A DNA stretch of 62,880 bases, counting the filler, from Octopus bimaculoides (Eukaryota): assembly GCF_001194135.2 (NCBI RefSeq). It is 8 parts of 7 records of this genome, joined end to end, with 100 filler letters (N's around TTAATTAATTAA, not from the genome) between each part and the next. Parts side by side here need not be neighbours in the genome. Positions count along the whole stretch, not along the records: positions 1 to 16,572 come from NC_069009.1; positions 16,673 to 21,275 come from NW_026316623.1; positions 21,376 to 46,684 come from NC_068985.1; 5 more parts are not named here. The stretch is one strand, 5' to 3'. A program made the position numbers and the translations under genes. The notes beneath the pieces were generated by a model. It did not search any database. It was not told where the DNA came from and saw nothing but the letters and a program-made list of their open reading frames with translations. Of this stretch, positions 10,400 to 24,041 are shown piece after piece (position 1 is the first letter of the stretch; each line of letters opens with the position of its first letter).

Positions 10400-13300
10400 A
10401 GAAAACGAAGATGGCGCCAAAGTGAGAGAGCAAAGAATTGAATCTTCTGTTGCGAGCATGGGTAATTGCTAGCGGCGATCCGCCAAACAGCACCATCACT
10501 GCTGCACTGAAGAACAATGGCTTCTATAAGACCAGTGAACAGATAGAGCGGAAGAGAAATGAATTCACCCGATCTTATGCCCTTATTAGATCACACATTG
10601 ACACTCTTGATGTCATCATGGAAAACTACTGTGGCAAAGCTGATAAGAATAGGGAAAACGATGCACAAGCTAGAAGTCTCTTTGACCCAGTAGTGCCTCC
10701 AAAGAATAGATCTCCCACCCCTGTGAACAACCAGGCTGATAAGGATATGGAAGCTATGGTAGAAACAATCAGAAGACCCTCTGTGTCAGTGGTCCTACAA
10801 AGGAATGGGGTCCTCACCCCGTTGGACAACCAGAAGAATGAAAGCGCTACCACCAGAAAAGGAAGGAAAGAACAGGAGCACGAAACATAAAGAAGGGGAG
10901 AAAAAGGAAAAGAAAAAATTAAATAACTGAAACCGAAACCCCAAACCACCAAACAAAAACAAATATGGTGACTCCAATAGAATCCGAAACCATAGAGGAG
11001 AGAAGAAATTTGGAGTGAACTCAAGGACCTGCAAGGCAAATGTTGGCACAGGGAAGACGGTATAAACTATCGGTTTATTCACCCGAGATCCCACCAAAAC
11101 TACAGGAGCCTTAAAGAGAATAACTTCCCTGACGAAAGCACCGATCGCCTCCAAAGAAAAATTATACAAATGCAGTGCGCTCTTCAGAGGCTATGCGCAA
11201 GCCAACCGTTGATCAAGGGTCATTTTTGTGCATGGCACATAAGATTGTGCAACAGCGGACCTGGCTACATTAAGCTCAAACAAAGAACCTTGCCCACCAC
11301 TGTGCAAGACCACCACAATCAACAGATACGGGATGGCCTCTCTTAACACCTGCACAGTCGTCACGCCAATATTTTTATTAAATATTGGGGCCTGTTGTAT
11401 CACAACAACAAAAGCAGAATTTTTCTCCTGAGAGACCTTGCTGCATGCAATCAAGCCCTATGCATAGCACTCGTGGAAACTCACCTCAGCCCTGATATAG
11501 AGGATGCAGAAGTACACGTACCAAAATATGTCATACTGCGAACAGACAGAAGGGAAAGGAGCCATGGTGGAGTTGCTGCATACATCCGTGAAGACCTCAC
11601 ACCCAAGGTTTTACTGTGATACTCAAATCCAGTATGACACACACTAATTGTATACATAAGACAATACGATATAGTCGTATGCAAACCACATAGGCAAGTT
11701 TATATTAATCCTCATGATACTGTAACACCATGCGAGCGTATTTCTGATGATTGATTTCAACTCCCCCAGTGTCAAATGGCCTGAAAGCCTCATGTTCTCA
11801 GGCATGACTTGTTGCAAACAAACACAGGTGGAGTCCTTGCTCAACCTCATCAATGCCCTATTCATGCATGTTGTACTCAGACCACCTAGGGCGAATAACA
11901 TTTTGGATCTCTGCTTCACAAACAATATGAACATCGTTCATGATGTGAAAATGACGCCAACATTAGTTTCGAATCACAAAATAATAGAGCTGTCTATATA
12001 TGGGGCAAAAGTAGCCAGAGATATACAGCCTAAAAGAAACATCCAAAATCTCTCTGTTCTGTACTTCCACAAAGCAGACTAGAAATCTATCCAAAACTAG
12101 ATCCTCAGACAGGACTGGCCGAAATGTCTCTCCACACCAGACATTTGCATGAAACTGGAATATTTCATGTCTGTTATGCAAGCCATATGCCAGAAAGATG
12201 TCCCAGAGTACAAGGCTAAAATAAAAACGAACAAGATTCCAAGGGAGAGGAAGATCCTCATGAGACGACGGACAAAGGTTGCAAAACGCTTCAACCAACA
12301 TTCCAAAAGTAGCGAAAGGTCCTGCCTAAGAACAACACTGATGGAGATTGAAAAAAGCCTGCAACAACCCTATGTGAGGGAGAGAGTGGACAAAGAAGCC
12401 TGGTTATAAAAATATTAAATAAAAACCAAAGGCCTTCTTTCATTATGCCAAAGAAATAGCCTCAGTGTGCTGCAAAATACGACTCCTCTTCCAGAAGGAT
12501 GGCTCCCTCACAGACAGTCCAACCAGGATCAGTGAAGAACTGAATGGCCAGTTCAAAAGTACCTTTACCCCGCTGGAACACAGACAAGTGAACGAACCGA
12601 TGGCTTTCTTTGCCGCCTCACCTCTAACCGAGGCAGTTACGCCTCTTCAGATTCTCTTCCAGAGTTTTCTTGCAAATGGCAGGCTGCCAAGCGAACTGAA
12701 AGAAGGAATAATATGCTTAATCCATTAAGGGGTAAGCAGAGAAGATGCCAAAGCTATTGGCCTATCTCTCTGACTACACACATCAACAAAGTCGTGGAAC
12801 GGATAGTCAGAGGGAAACTAATCGCATTCCTTGAAGAAAACAACTTTCTGGGTGATACCCGACCAGGTAGGAGTTGCCTGCCAAGCTCTTACATCACTAT
12901 GACTTGGTGTTAAGGCAGTTACTTAACAACTCAAATGTGGAGGTAATAAACCTTGACTTTGAAAAAGCTTTTCATAAAGCGGTATGATATGCTTCAAGCT
13001 ACGTGATCTTGGCATAGCTGGAAAATTTGGAGTGTGGTTACATGACTTTCTGAAGATAGAGTTCAGGCAGTATTGGCCAATGGCACCACCTCAAACAAAA
13101 CAAAAGTAGTGAGCAGTGTTCCATAGGGCGCTATCTTGGGACTACTGCTTTTCATAGTGGCCCTTTCAAATATGTCCTCAGCTGCCTGGATAGCTACGCA
13201 GACAATACGAAAGTCTTGCAGAAAATACAAAACTCCAGCGATGTTACACACCTGCAGCAGGAGTTGGACTCAATTTACAGATGGGCTGAGGAAAATAATA

Positions 13301-14190
13301 TGCAATTTAATGCTGAAAAATTCCATGCCCTTTGCTACTAGTGTCCAAAACTGAATATAAAACTTACAGGGTGTAGTGGTCCACAGAGGATTACAATCTC
13401 AGAGCCTAAATCAATGAGGGACCAGGATCTCGATATGAGTGATACATACCTCTTTCCAAGTGCACATTATAAGGATGGCGACAAAGTGCAGACGACTGGA
13501 TGGATGGATCCTGAGAACGTTCAAGACCAAAGAGAAGGAAACTATGATGGTCTTCTGGAGGACATTCCTCTTCAGCCGCCTGGACTACTGCTCCCAGCTA
13601 TGGTCACCCAACAGTGTGAAATTAACAGCGGACCTTCAAGCAAACAAGCGAAACTTCACAAAGAAGATTGTGTCGTTGCAACAGCTCAGCTACTGGAAAA
13701 GGTTGAAAAAGCTAAGACTCTACTCCCTAGAATGAAGGTGGGAGAGGTATGCAGAAATATACATCTGGAAGATCCTGGAATGAACTGTGCCAAATTTTGG
13801 CATTCAAAGATATACCAATGCCAGAACGGGTCGCCACTGCACACTGCCAAAGATCCCAGTAATGCCATTGCGCTTCAGGTACAATTGCTGCAACAGCCTG
13901 GGTTTCAGGGACCGACAGCTTTTTAATATTTTCCCAAAGAACCTGAGGGGCCTACACAAAGTCGATGTAGGTGTTTTCAAATCAAAACTGGACCTCTTCC
14001 TGTCGAGAGTCCCACATGAACCTACCTCGCCAGCAAGATGTGCAAATGAGGGTAGCGATATCAAACTCCCTTATTCACCAAATGCCACATGTTAAAGGAG
14101 GCCCTAAATAATGACAGTTAAGCCAAACGGCGGTGCGCAACATGGCCGTAGCTCTGAGCTGGAACTACAAAAATCATATGCATAAATATA
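10400..14190 (+). mobile_element. Near-full-length degenerate CR1/L2-group LINE (ORF1 relic, APE endonuclease, RT, 3' end)
   Basis: APE motifs IALVETHL, RRERSHGGVAAYIRE, NILDLCFTNN, SNHKII; RT motifs YWPISLTTHINKVVERIV, LDFEKAF, LDYCSQLWSP, LKKLRLYSLE; many stops and frameshifts. Confidence 0.9.
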
Positions 14191-14219
14191 TACATGTATA
14201 TATACACATATATATATAT

Positions 14220-14343
<124 letters not shown>

Positions 14344-14470
14344 GCACTGCGAAATGTCTCCTACATGTGCGACCCTATATATATATATATATATGTATGT
14401 ATATATGTGTGTGTGTGTGTGTATGTATATATATATATATGTGTGTGTATATGTATATACACACACATGC

Positions 14471-14706
14471 GCTGCGTGTTGTGTTCTTGAGCAAGACATT
14501 TTATTTGACGTTGCTCCAGTTAACTCAGCTGTAGAAATGAGTTGCCTTTGTCTTTCCCTAGAATAACATCGGTGGCGTGGAGAGGGGAGGCTGGTATGCA
14601 TGGGCGACTGCTTGGTCTTCCATAAACAACCTTGGCCGGACTTGTGCCTCAGAGGGTAACTTTCTAGGTGCAATCCCATGGTGTCATTCGTGACCGAAGG
14701 GAGTCT
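14471..14706 (+). mobile_element. SINE family C, 5'-truncated
   Basis: Matches 26886-27152 (gctgcgtgttgtgttcttgagcaagaca...gaccgaagg). Confidence 0.85.
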
Positions 14707-14724
14707 CCGACTATATATATATAA

Positions 14725-14757
<33 letters not shown>

Positions 14758-14982
14758 NNNNNNNNNNNNNNNNNNNNNNNNNNNNNNNNNNNNNNNNNNN
14801 NNNNNNNNNNNNNNNNNNNNNNNNNNNNNNNNNNNNNNNNNNNNNNNNNNNNNNNNNNNNNNNNNNNNNNNNNNNNNNNNNNNNNNNNNNNNNNNNNNNN
14901 NNNNNNNNNNNNNNNNNNNNNNNNNNNNNNNNNNNNNNNNNNNNNNNNNNNNNNNNNNNNNNNNNNNNNNNNNNNNNNNNNN

Positions 14983-15015
<33 letters not shown>

Positions 15016-15050
15016 GAGATAAAAAGTGTTGGTGGCATACGAGTGGGTAT

Positions 15051-16282
15051 GTACTTATAAAAAGAAGTCTAAAAACGCCACTATATAAGATAAATTTTAA
15101 TTTTCTCAGAGATATTTGTAATAGTAGAAGCAGTTAATTGGTTGTAGGATTTGCACCATAGTATTAGACACAAACACACCCGACACCCCGACATACACGT
15201 CTCCAGGAACTCAGAACTACACGCATATATAGGAATTATCCACAACCCCTAATAGACAATACAATCCAACGATTACTTAAATTAAAGATAGAAGACCGGA
15301 GACAACCAAAACCAAACGAGTATGAAAAATTAAAAACCCTACCCTACATCTCTACACACAACCCACTTAACAACGAGGCCTTCAACACCATACTCCAAAG
15401 CACAGCTCTGCTCAAGCGAGACCCAAAGATGAACCAAATCATCCAAACGTACACCATCATAAAAAGTAAACGGCAGCCAAAATCCTTAAAGAAGATTCTA
15501 ACACAGGCTAAACTGCACCCAATAACAACCACAAAACCAACAGTTAAAAAGTGTGGAAGACCCAACTGCGGGATCTGTATCATCTTAGTAGAAAGTTCGG
15601 AATACACATTAGAACAAGGCCATCATTTCACTATCAGAACAAACTTCACCTGTGCATCGGAAAACTTAATTTATGTGTTAACATGCGCAGGATGCAATAG
15701 GCAATACATAGGCCATACAAAAAGCAGCTTACGAAAAAGGATGGCAGTACATAAATCCCAAATTAGGAATCCTGAATACAGGAAAATACCTGTCAGCGGC
15801 CACATGGACAGATGTGCATCGAATAAAACTCCAAAGTTTACAGCTTTCCCGCTTTACCAATTCAATAACAATGCAACATTCACTCAACGTCATAACAAAG
15901 AGCTTCGTTTCATTAGAAAATTCGGACCAAGTTTAAACACCCTGGGCCAGGAACATTAAAACCGTATATTGGTTATCCAAAAAGGAAAAAAACAGAAAAA
16001 AGTATTCTACGACTCCAACCACCACCACCGCCACGATAACTACTACTACTCCAAGCAACGGTTCGTGCTACTACTACAACTACTACGACCAACAGTCTCT
16101 GCTACAGCTGTTATTACGGCCAACGTTCACTCCTACTACTACTACTACTACTACTGGTGCTGCTGCGCTGCTTCCTCTACTACTACAGCCAATTAACTAC
16201 TGCTACTATTACAAATATCTCTGAGAAAATTAAAATTTATCTTATATAGTGGCATTTTCAAACTTCTTTTTTATAAATATAC
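15051..16282 (+). mobile_element. 5'-truncated Penelope-like element: GIY-YIG endonuclease ORF 15429-15959 flanked by inverted copies of its 3' terminus
   Basis: ORF has KCGRPNCGIC, FTCASENLIYVLTCAGCNRQYIGHT, RKRMAVH and VSGH; 15051-15147 is the reverse complement of 16183-16282. Confidence 0.88.
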
Positions 16283-16572
16283 TAGCAGAAATGCCCGGCT
16301 TTGCCCGGGTTAAAGAGAATAATGAAATCTAAAAACGCCGTCAAGACTACGCAACCCTCAACTGTTAGTAGCTATGATACCATATTTCTACATTAATAAC
16401 TCTCCAATCCATGCCAGCATGGAACATAGACATTAAGTGGAATGCCAGTCTCTCATCTAGGAAGGCCTTGAAATCAATGTTACCAACTGGGGACTATGTG
16501 TGTCGCAGTGATAATAAAAAGACTCAAAGGAGGTCTGCAACGAAATAATTTTACTCAACACTTTGCAAGTGA
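16281..16572 (+). mobile_element. Possible non-autonomous Helitron/Helentron-like element, 5' end
   Basis: Begins ACTAGCAGAAATGCCCGGCTTTGCCCGGG, a CTAG plus subterminal hairpin typical of such elements; 3' end lost in a gap. Confidence 0.45.
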
Positions 16573-16616
16573 NNNNNNNNNNNNNNNNNNNNNNNNNNNN
16601 NNNNNNNNNNNNNNNN

Positions 16617-16628
16617 TTAATTAATTAA
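16617..16628. other. Assembly spacer: 44 N + TTAATTAATTAA + 44 N (also at 21320, 46729, 54146, 58471, 59845, 61547)
   Basis: The same 100-bp cassette occurs seven times and puts stops in all six frames. Confidence 0.95.
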
Positions 16629-16919
16629 NNNNNNNNNNNNNNNNNNNNNNNNNNNNNNNNNNNNNNNNNNNNGTGTGTATGTATGTATGTGTGTATGTAT
16701 ATGTACTATACCCCAAGGGATCAAATTGCAGATGTACAGATGGATCAAAATTTCTTTTGTAATATGAGAATGGTTAAGGAGGGTCAACGGGAAGAGAAGC
16801 TCCAAGATCAGGGAGGGCCCACTGCCAACAAAAAAAAAAAAAACAGAAAAATAACAAAAAAGCCCGAAAAAAAAATCTGCAGCAAACATTTCCATAGTTA
16901 TGCTAATCAAGGGAATGTT

Positions 16920-17113
16920 TTATATTTTGAAAGCCATAAACGATTGAAAGAATCGTATGAAACATATTTGATCCTTGTTTACAAGAGAGGAAGAGGAATT
17001 AGTTACTCCATCAACCATTCTCTGGCATCGCAGATGTGTTGCGACATTATCTTTTGCATTCTGAATGCTGTAAGTCCTATTGTATAAAAACCATTTCGCC
17101 GGTTTTCTACAGC
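16920..17113 (-). CDS. ITIH-like gene, candidate terminal exon (SCRKPAKWFLYNR...QICFIRFFQSFMAFKI*)
   Basis: Acceptor ttattttttaAG; phase 1 matches the donor at 21426; 63 codons then TAA. Homology not recognised with certainty. Confidence 0.45.
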
Positions 17114-17234
17114 CTTAAAAAATAACGTTTAAATTTGGATAATGAAATGTCGAAATCTTTTTTCAATGTGATACCACATACATATGAAAGAATTATTATG
17201 TATGGCTCGTTGCTTGTATACATACATACATACA

Positions 17235-17265
<31 letters not shown>

Positions 17266-17643
17266 GAACATACGTACATATGAACGTACATACACACAGA
17301 CATAGATATAAATAAATATACAGATAGATATACATATATAGATATAGATGTATATATGTATACATGTTTATAATATTTATATATTATTTATATTATTATA
17401 TGATCGAACGCCACGCATCCTTTTCCAAGTAAGTTTTATCTTATATATATATGTATATATACATACACACACATGTGCATATATACATATAAGTGTATAT
17501 ATGTATATATATAAATTCTCAGCTTAAATGTAACATTAAATTATTCATTTATATAATATTCTTAAATGTACATTACTCAATATATGCTTGAGAATAAGCA
17601 ATATGAATGAATATTACAATGTTTTAGATGTAAGTATTGTGTG

Positions 17644-17691
<48 letters not shown>

Positions 17692-20225
17692 TGTGAGTGT
17701 GTGTGTGCATGTGTGTGTGTGTTTGTGTGTTTGTATACATGCGAATATCTATGTATTTATGTGTTTTAATCATATGAGTGTTTTGTTATGCAGGTGAGGT
17801 TTACGTTTTACCCTATGTCTGTTTGAAAATTTGCATGTGGTGGTGTATGTACTGAATAAATATATAGTCCTGCATATAACCATACATAAACGCAGATACA
17901 CACACGTGTACATATATTTATAGACGAAGGCACATATAAATTTCATATATAAACATGCGTATATGTCATCACTTGTACATATAAATACACACATTTTGAG
18001 ATACAAAGAGAGAGACAGAGACACAGAGAGACGGAGACAGAGAGAGACAGAGACAGAGAGAGACGGAGACAGAGAGAGACAGAGACATAGAATGGGTAAG
18101 CTAAATTATAGAAATTGCATAATATATATATATATATATATATATNNNNNNNNNNNNNNNNNNNNNNNNNNNNNNNNNNNNNNNNNNNNNNNNNNNNNNN
18201 NNNNNNNNNNNNNNNNNNNNNNNNNNNNNNNNNNNNNNNNNNNNNNNNNNNNNNNNNNNNNNNNNNNNNNNNNNNNNNNNNNNNNNNNNNNNNNNNNNNN
18301 NNNNNNNNNNNNNNNNNNNNNNNNNNNNNNNNNNNNNNNNNNNNNNNNNNNNNNNNNNNNNNNNNNNNNNNNNNNNNNNNNNNNNNNNNNNNNNNNNNNN
18401 NNNNNNNNNNNNNNNNNNNNNNNNNNNNNNNNNNNNNNNNNNNNNNNNNNNNNNNNNNNNNNNNNNNNNNNNNNNNNNNNNNNNNNNNNNNNNNNNNNNN
18501 NNNNNNNNNNNNNNNNNNNNNNNNNNNNNNNNNNNNNNNNNNNNNNNNNNNNNNNNNNNNNNNNNNNNNNNNNNNNNNNNNNNNNNNNNNNNNNNNNNNN
18601 NNNNNNNNNNNNNNNNNNNNNNNNNNNNNNNNNNNNNNNNNNNNNNNNNNNNNNNNNNNNNNNNNNNNNNNNNNNNNNNNNNNNNNNNNNNNNNNNNNNN
18701 NNNNNNNNNNNNNNNNNNNNNNNNNNNNNNNNNNNNNNNNNNNNNNNNNNNNNNNNNNNNNNNNNNNNNNNNNNNNNNNNNNNNNNNNNNNNNNNNNNNN
18801 NNNNNNNNNNNNNNNNNNNNNNNNNNNNNNNNNNNNNNNNNNNNNNNNNNNNNNNNNNNNNNNNNNNNNNNNNNNNNNNNNNNNNNNNNNNNNNNNNNNN
18901 NNNNNNNNNNNNNNNNNNNNNTAGAAAAATTAACTACAGACAACGGAACGAACATATAGGAAAACAGATAGCCACTTGGAATTAATCCTCCGTCAGCTGT
19001 CCCTATTCTAACTAGACGTTTCGAAGATAAGGCAGAACGTACTCTAGAATAGTCTCTTCCTGAGTAGTGGATCGACCCACTAAACAGAGGATTCCAAGGT
19101 GGCAAACACAAACCAAGATAGGAAAAAATGGACAGTGAAAACATTAAAAAGCCGTACGGCAAAACGCGAATCTGGTATTGAACGCTAGTGATAGGACGAA
19201 GCTGGACGGAGAAAAAAACAGTTCGTCTCGCCTTCATAGTGGCAGGAGTGAAAAGAGAGAGTTGACCACAGGCCACACGTGAGCAGAGAAGATGGTAGAG
19301 GGTGGAAGTGGAACAAAGAGGAAGAGAGAGATGTGTGTAGCAGTGAAGTAGAAGCCAGGACAACAGAAGGAAGCAGAGCGAGAGGGGTAAGAAGAAAGAT
19401 AGATAGGTAGATAGATAGGTAGATAGATAGAGGGATAGATAGGTAGATAGATAGAGTGTGTGTGATTCTGTCTGTGTGATTCTGTCTGTGTGTGATTCTG
19501 TCTGTGTTTCCCTCAATCAACGCTTGACAACCGGCATTGGTGTGTTTACATCCCCGTGACTAAGCGATTCGGCCGCAAAAGTGAATAATCAAAAGAGAGA
19601 ATAATTACTATGCTCAAAAGATAAGTACTGGGGCTGATTCATTCCACTGAAAATCCAAGACAATGTCCCGTCCCAGCATGGCCGCAGTCTAATGACTGAA
19701 ACAAGTAAAAGATGAAAATATATATATATACTCACACGTACTGAAGTAAAACTAAAGATGTAAGAATGTGCAAGAAAAAATGGCAGAAATGCAAAAATAG
19801 GTGAGGAATACAAAAATATGTGAGAAGGAAACGAGTAGACTTGAGATCGAACTTCATAACTCACAGTTTACTTGGCGAAGTGTGAATAATATTAGCCTTG
19901 GGGAATACATCCTCACTCGTGAAAGATCTGAGAAATATTTCGCCTGGTTCGGAAAAAAAAAATCATTATTTATTTACTGATTCATTCGTTTTTTTTTTCA
20001 TCTATATTTATGTATTTTTTACATAATGAATGTCTCGAGATTTCTCATTTGCATAGCAGAGAAAATTAATTGATAAATGTTTAATTACATATGGGCAAAT
20101 ATAATGGTAGGTGTAGCTATGGGGATAAGAAACTTGTCTTGCTGCCATGTGGTTTCCAGATCTATTCCATTATGCCGTACCTTGGGCAAGTATCTTCTAC
20201 AGAAGCCCCTAACCGACGAAGGTGT

Positions 20226-20266
<41 letters not shown>

Positions 20267-21083
20267 NNNNNNNNNNNNNNNNNNNNNNNNNNNNNNNNNN
20301 NNNNNNNNNNNNNNNNNNNNNNNNNNNNNNNNNNNNNNNNNNNNNNNNNNNNNNNNNNNNNNNNNNNNNNNNNNNNNNNNNNNNNNNNNNNNNNNNNNNN
20401 NNNNNNNNCCGCAAACCACCAAGTCTTTGTTAACGGTTTTGGTAGACGGAATCTCAAAGAAACCCGTCCAGTACACACGCACACATGTACACGTATTTAT
20501 ATATATATATATATAGATATATATATATATATATATATATAACTAATATAAACAGGAGTTTGCAACGTTTCACCAGAAGAGAGAAACACAAATGTCACTA
20601 AATGTAACTAGAATGTTAGAAAACGTCAACTTTGCTAGAAACAAGAGCTAAAACGTTCTAATACTGTAGTTAACGCACACAAATTAAATCAATATACATT
20701 AATATAGTACAACAGTCCGGAAATCTTTCGTCACACATCTGTGACCTACTCAGTGACTTTTCCGTCCTCGTGTAAGCTCCTGCTCCGCTTAGTCAATCCT
20801 GTTCTTCTATAAATAGCTGCGGAAATAGGACGCTCACACACACACCAGTTCGCCTCAATTTTCGTCGCCCTCTTTCACACCATCGCAGTGATTTAGATGT
20901 TTCTCCAGGTGAGTTGGCCTCAGCACGCAGTAACGCAGCATCGTTGGGGATAACATCCACAGACCACCATGGAGTGGGTATTGACAGTGGACGGATTTTC
21001 TGACCTATGGAAACCCATCCCTTCCATAAGACACGTAAAACCAAACGCTTCAGTTTAGGATATGTATTCCTTTGCTCTCTACA

Positions 21084-21275
21084 GGGGCAGGAGTGGCTGT
21101 GGGGTAAGTAGTTTGCTTAGCAACCACATGGTTCCGGGTTCATCCCCACTGCGTGGCGCCTTGGGCAAGTGTCTTCTACTATAGCCTCGGGCCGACCAAA
21201 GCCTTTTGAGTGGATTTGGTAGACGAAAACTGAAAGAAGCCCGTCGTATATATGTATATATATATATATATATAT
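21084..21275 (+). mobile_element. SINE family B, 5' half (cut by a gap)
   Basis: ggcaggagtggctgtggggtaag...gaaagaagcccgtcgtata. Confidence 0.9.
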
Positions 21276-21426
21276 NNNNNNNNNNNNNNNNNNNNNNNNN
21301 NNNNNNNNNNNNNNNNNNNTTAATTAATTAANNNNNNNNNNNNNNNNNNNNNNNNNNNNNNNNNNNNNNNNNNNNTGGCCACCACCACTGCCACCACCAT
21401 CACCGATACATTAAATCATAACTTAC

Positions 21427-21717
21427 TCAGAATGCCTCTTGCTCTTGTTATCTTCTTCAGAGTGGTAAAGTGAAGCGAGAGAAAGGTTTCAGAAAATGCC
21501 GTCTTCTTTGTCTTGAACACTTTCATCGACAGGAAATTCTTCAGATTAAGGTTGATTTCAGTTCTGTTAGAGATGTCTACTTCTTTACCATGCTTCACCA
21601 ATCTGTCAGCAGTCACTTCAAACAGAAGACGACGCTTCCTTTTTAAGATCACGCGGTTGATGGTATCCAAGCAGTTGCTCTGTGCACTTCTCCTCACAAA
21701 TGCATGAACAAATAAAT
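21427..21717 (-). CDS. ITIH-like gene exon, C-terminal domain (LFVHAFVRR...KKITRARGIL)
   Basis: tattttcattgcAG / GTAAGT; 291 nt, phase 1-1, open; ARGIL resembles the ITI C-terminal HGLLG segment. Confidence 0.75.
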
Positions 21718-23368
21718 CTGCAATGAAAATATGTGCCATTGAATGAATTTGATGTTAATGATGATACTATCTAATACATATAAAGGTATTACTACATAAA
21801 ATAATAGTGATTATCTATCTATTTATCTATCAATCTATCTATCTGTCTGTCTTTCTGTCTGTCTATCTATTGGTCCTCTTCTTCACATGTTGTGATTACC
21901 CACCCACCCTTGTCCAAACTGCCCTTACCTGTGCCCTTCAAATCAATCACACCACTGCCCTCTCGCCTTCCCCACACCAGTCCCCTAACCGCATCCCCTT
22001 TCCCCGCCTTTTCCACCCCTTCACCCTATGCTTTGTCGAAAGACCCCGTGGGACTTTTGTTGTCCCCAGCTAGATCCCTCCACCCTCCCTATTACCCCCA
22101 ACCCACCGTTTCCCTCCTTCACAACAATTGCAACAACAATAATAATAATATGAACAACAACAGAGACATTGTGACCTTCATGTTTGTATCCAGAAAGTTT
22201 GCCACAAACATTTTTGTTGCAGGAACATTCGCTTCAGGATTTTTGGCATAAAATTTACGAATTTTACACTATATTCGCTTAACAAGCACAGAGCAACATT
22301 ATCTTGTCATCAACTTTTTTTTATAGGATACCAAATGACTTTTTTATAGGATACCAAATGACATAGCACATATCTGTCACTATAATTTCAGGCATTCTAA
22401 CAACTAAAAATCTTAACTTATCACCCCAAGCCATCCATTCAAGTAAATTATTGTTATGGTTACACCTGTGATCACAATGATGGCTTTATTCCCCAGTCAT
22501 TTGCCTAGGTTATTAAAATCTACATTCTAGTAATTAATTATGATCTTTTATGAATTAAACAAGTAAGATTCTTAGTTTTTACATTGATTTTGTTAGATAT
22601 TCCAAAGACAATGTTAATCTTGCATTATTGGTAATTTCTTAAAAGAATCTCAAATAGTTTATACATCTAGTTACAATAATTGAACATATGTACAGACACT
22701 AACACAATCTTATAAACACAAATATCAGTTCCTGTTAAAGACTTCTATTTAGTCTTTTCAATATTATCTAAGATTTTTTTTTATATAGTTTTTCTTTTCA
22801 AACCCTATAAAGGAACTTTTTAGTTTATGGTCCTAATATTAAGGAAACAAACCAATTCCCAAATTCTCCAATTATATCAAGTACCACTTAGAGGAAATTT
22901 ATAACAAATGCATGATCAGTATCAATTACATTATATAATTAATCATCATTTAGAAGTGGTCTTGGCTGACCTAATTCTGTTTGGATTATTATTCTTAAAG
23001 ATGTGTCTAAAAGTCCCGATCAGATGCTGAAAATAAAGTATGCTACTAAAATATTCCTAAAATGCTACTATATAGCATTTTAATAATATTGATTTCAACT
23101 TTTGGCATAAGTTTAACTGGTATTTATTATTTTATTTTATTGATCCCCAAAAGGATGAAAGGCTAAGTCGCAGAATTTGAACTTAGAACATGAAGATGAA
23201 TGAAATGCCGCTAAGTATTTTGTCTGACATGCTAATGATTCTACCATCTCACTGCTTTAAGTATCTTATTAATATCATTGCTATCATATTAGTAGTAATG
23301 TTGTTATATATTATGGTAGTATTATTGTTACTATGTAGCACGCAATACTGGTCACCTATGAAAATATA

Positions 23369-23784
23369 GAGTGGCTGTGTGGTAAGTAGCTTGCTTCTCA
23401 ACCACATGGTTCCGGGTTCATTCCCACTGCGTGGCACCTTGGGCAAGTGTCTTCTTCTATAGCCTCAGGCCGACCAAAGCCTTGTGAGTGGATTTGGTAG
23501 ACGGAAACTGAAAGAAGCCCGTCGTATATATGTATATGTATGTGTATGTATGTGTGTGTATATGTTTGTGTGTCTGTGTTTGTCCCCCAAGCATCGCTTG
23601 ACAACCGATGGTGGTGTGTTTACGTCCCCTGTAACTTAGCAGTTCGGCAAAGGACACCAATAGAATAAGTAATAGGCTTCCAAAGAATAAGTCCTGGGGT
23701 CGATTTGCTCGACTAAAAGGCAGTGCTCCAGCATGGCCGCAGTCAAATGACTGAAACAGGTAAAAGAGTAAAAGAGTAAAAGAG
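23369..23784 (+). mobile_element. SINE family B, full length
   Basis: Head through (GTAAAAGA)3 tail, closely similar to the other copies. Confidence 0.92.
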
Positions 23785-23795
23785 TAGTAGTAGTG

Positions 23796-23853
<58 letters not shown>

Positions 23854-23936
23854 CAGCAGCAGCAGCAGCAGCCACAACAACTGGGGTGCTGCAGCAGACT
23901 ACAAAATAGTAACGAATGACAAAGTCTAGGACTTAC

Positions 23937-24041
23937 TTGCTTGAAAGTTGGCCAACAGTAAAATACTGGTCGATACTTGGCAGGCAACATGGTGTGTGAG
24001 ACAGAGGTTGTTACTACAAGAGAATGGTTTGATGAAGATAC
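23937..24041 (-). CDS. ITIH-like gene exon (IFIKPFSCSNNLCLTHHVACQVSTSILLLANFQA)
   Basis: ttctgtcttcttttcAG / GTAAGT; 105 nt, phase 1-1, open in the required frame. Confidence 0.7.

Noticed and set aside
9725-10472. 238-aa and 227-aa Ser/Leu/Phe/Pro-rich ORFs
   Set aside because: Translations of a CT low-complexity tract, which cannot encode stops.
13414-14095. Overlapping ORFs of 98-170 aa
   Set aside because: Alternative frames of the frameshifted CR1/L2 ORF2.
16573-16672. TTAATTAATTAA recurring seven times between N runs, superficially a conserved spaced motif
   Set aside because: It is always centred in a 44N+12+44N cassette with stops in all frames, so it is a scaffolding spacer.
19008-19070. 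Minus-strand GAAACGTC with a 4-bp stem I (acta/tagt), hammerhead-like
   Set aside because: The core reads CUCAGGA (invariant G5 lost) and the base of stem II is mispaired; at best a dead relic.
17963-19516. Long ORFs spanning N runs (also near 24.3, 28.3, 29.8, 50.6 and 55.0 kb)
   Set aside because: They are open only because N codons contain no stops.
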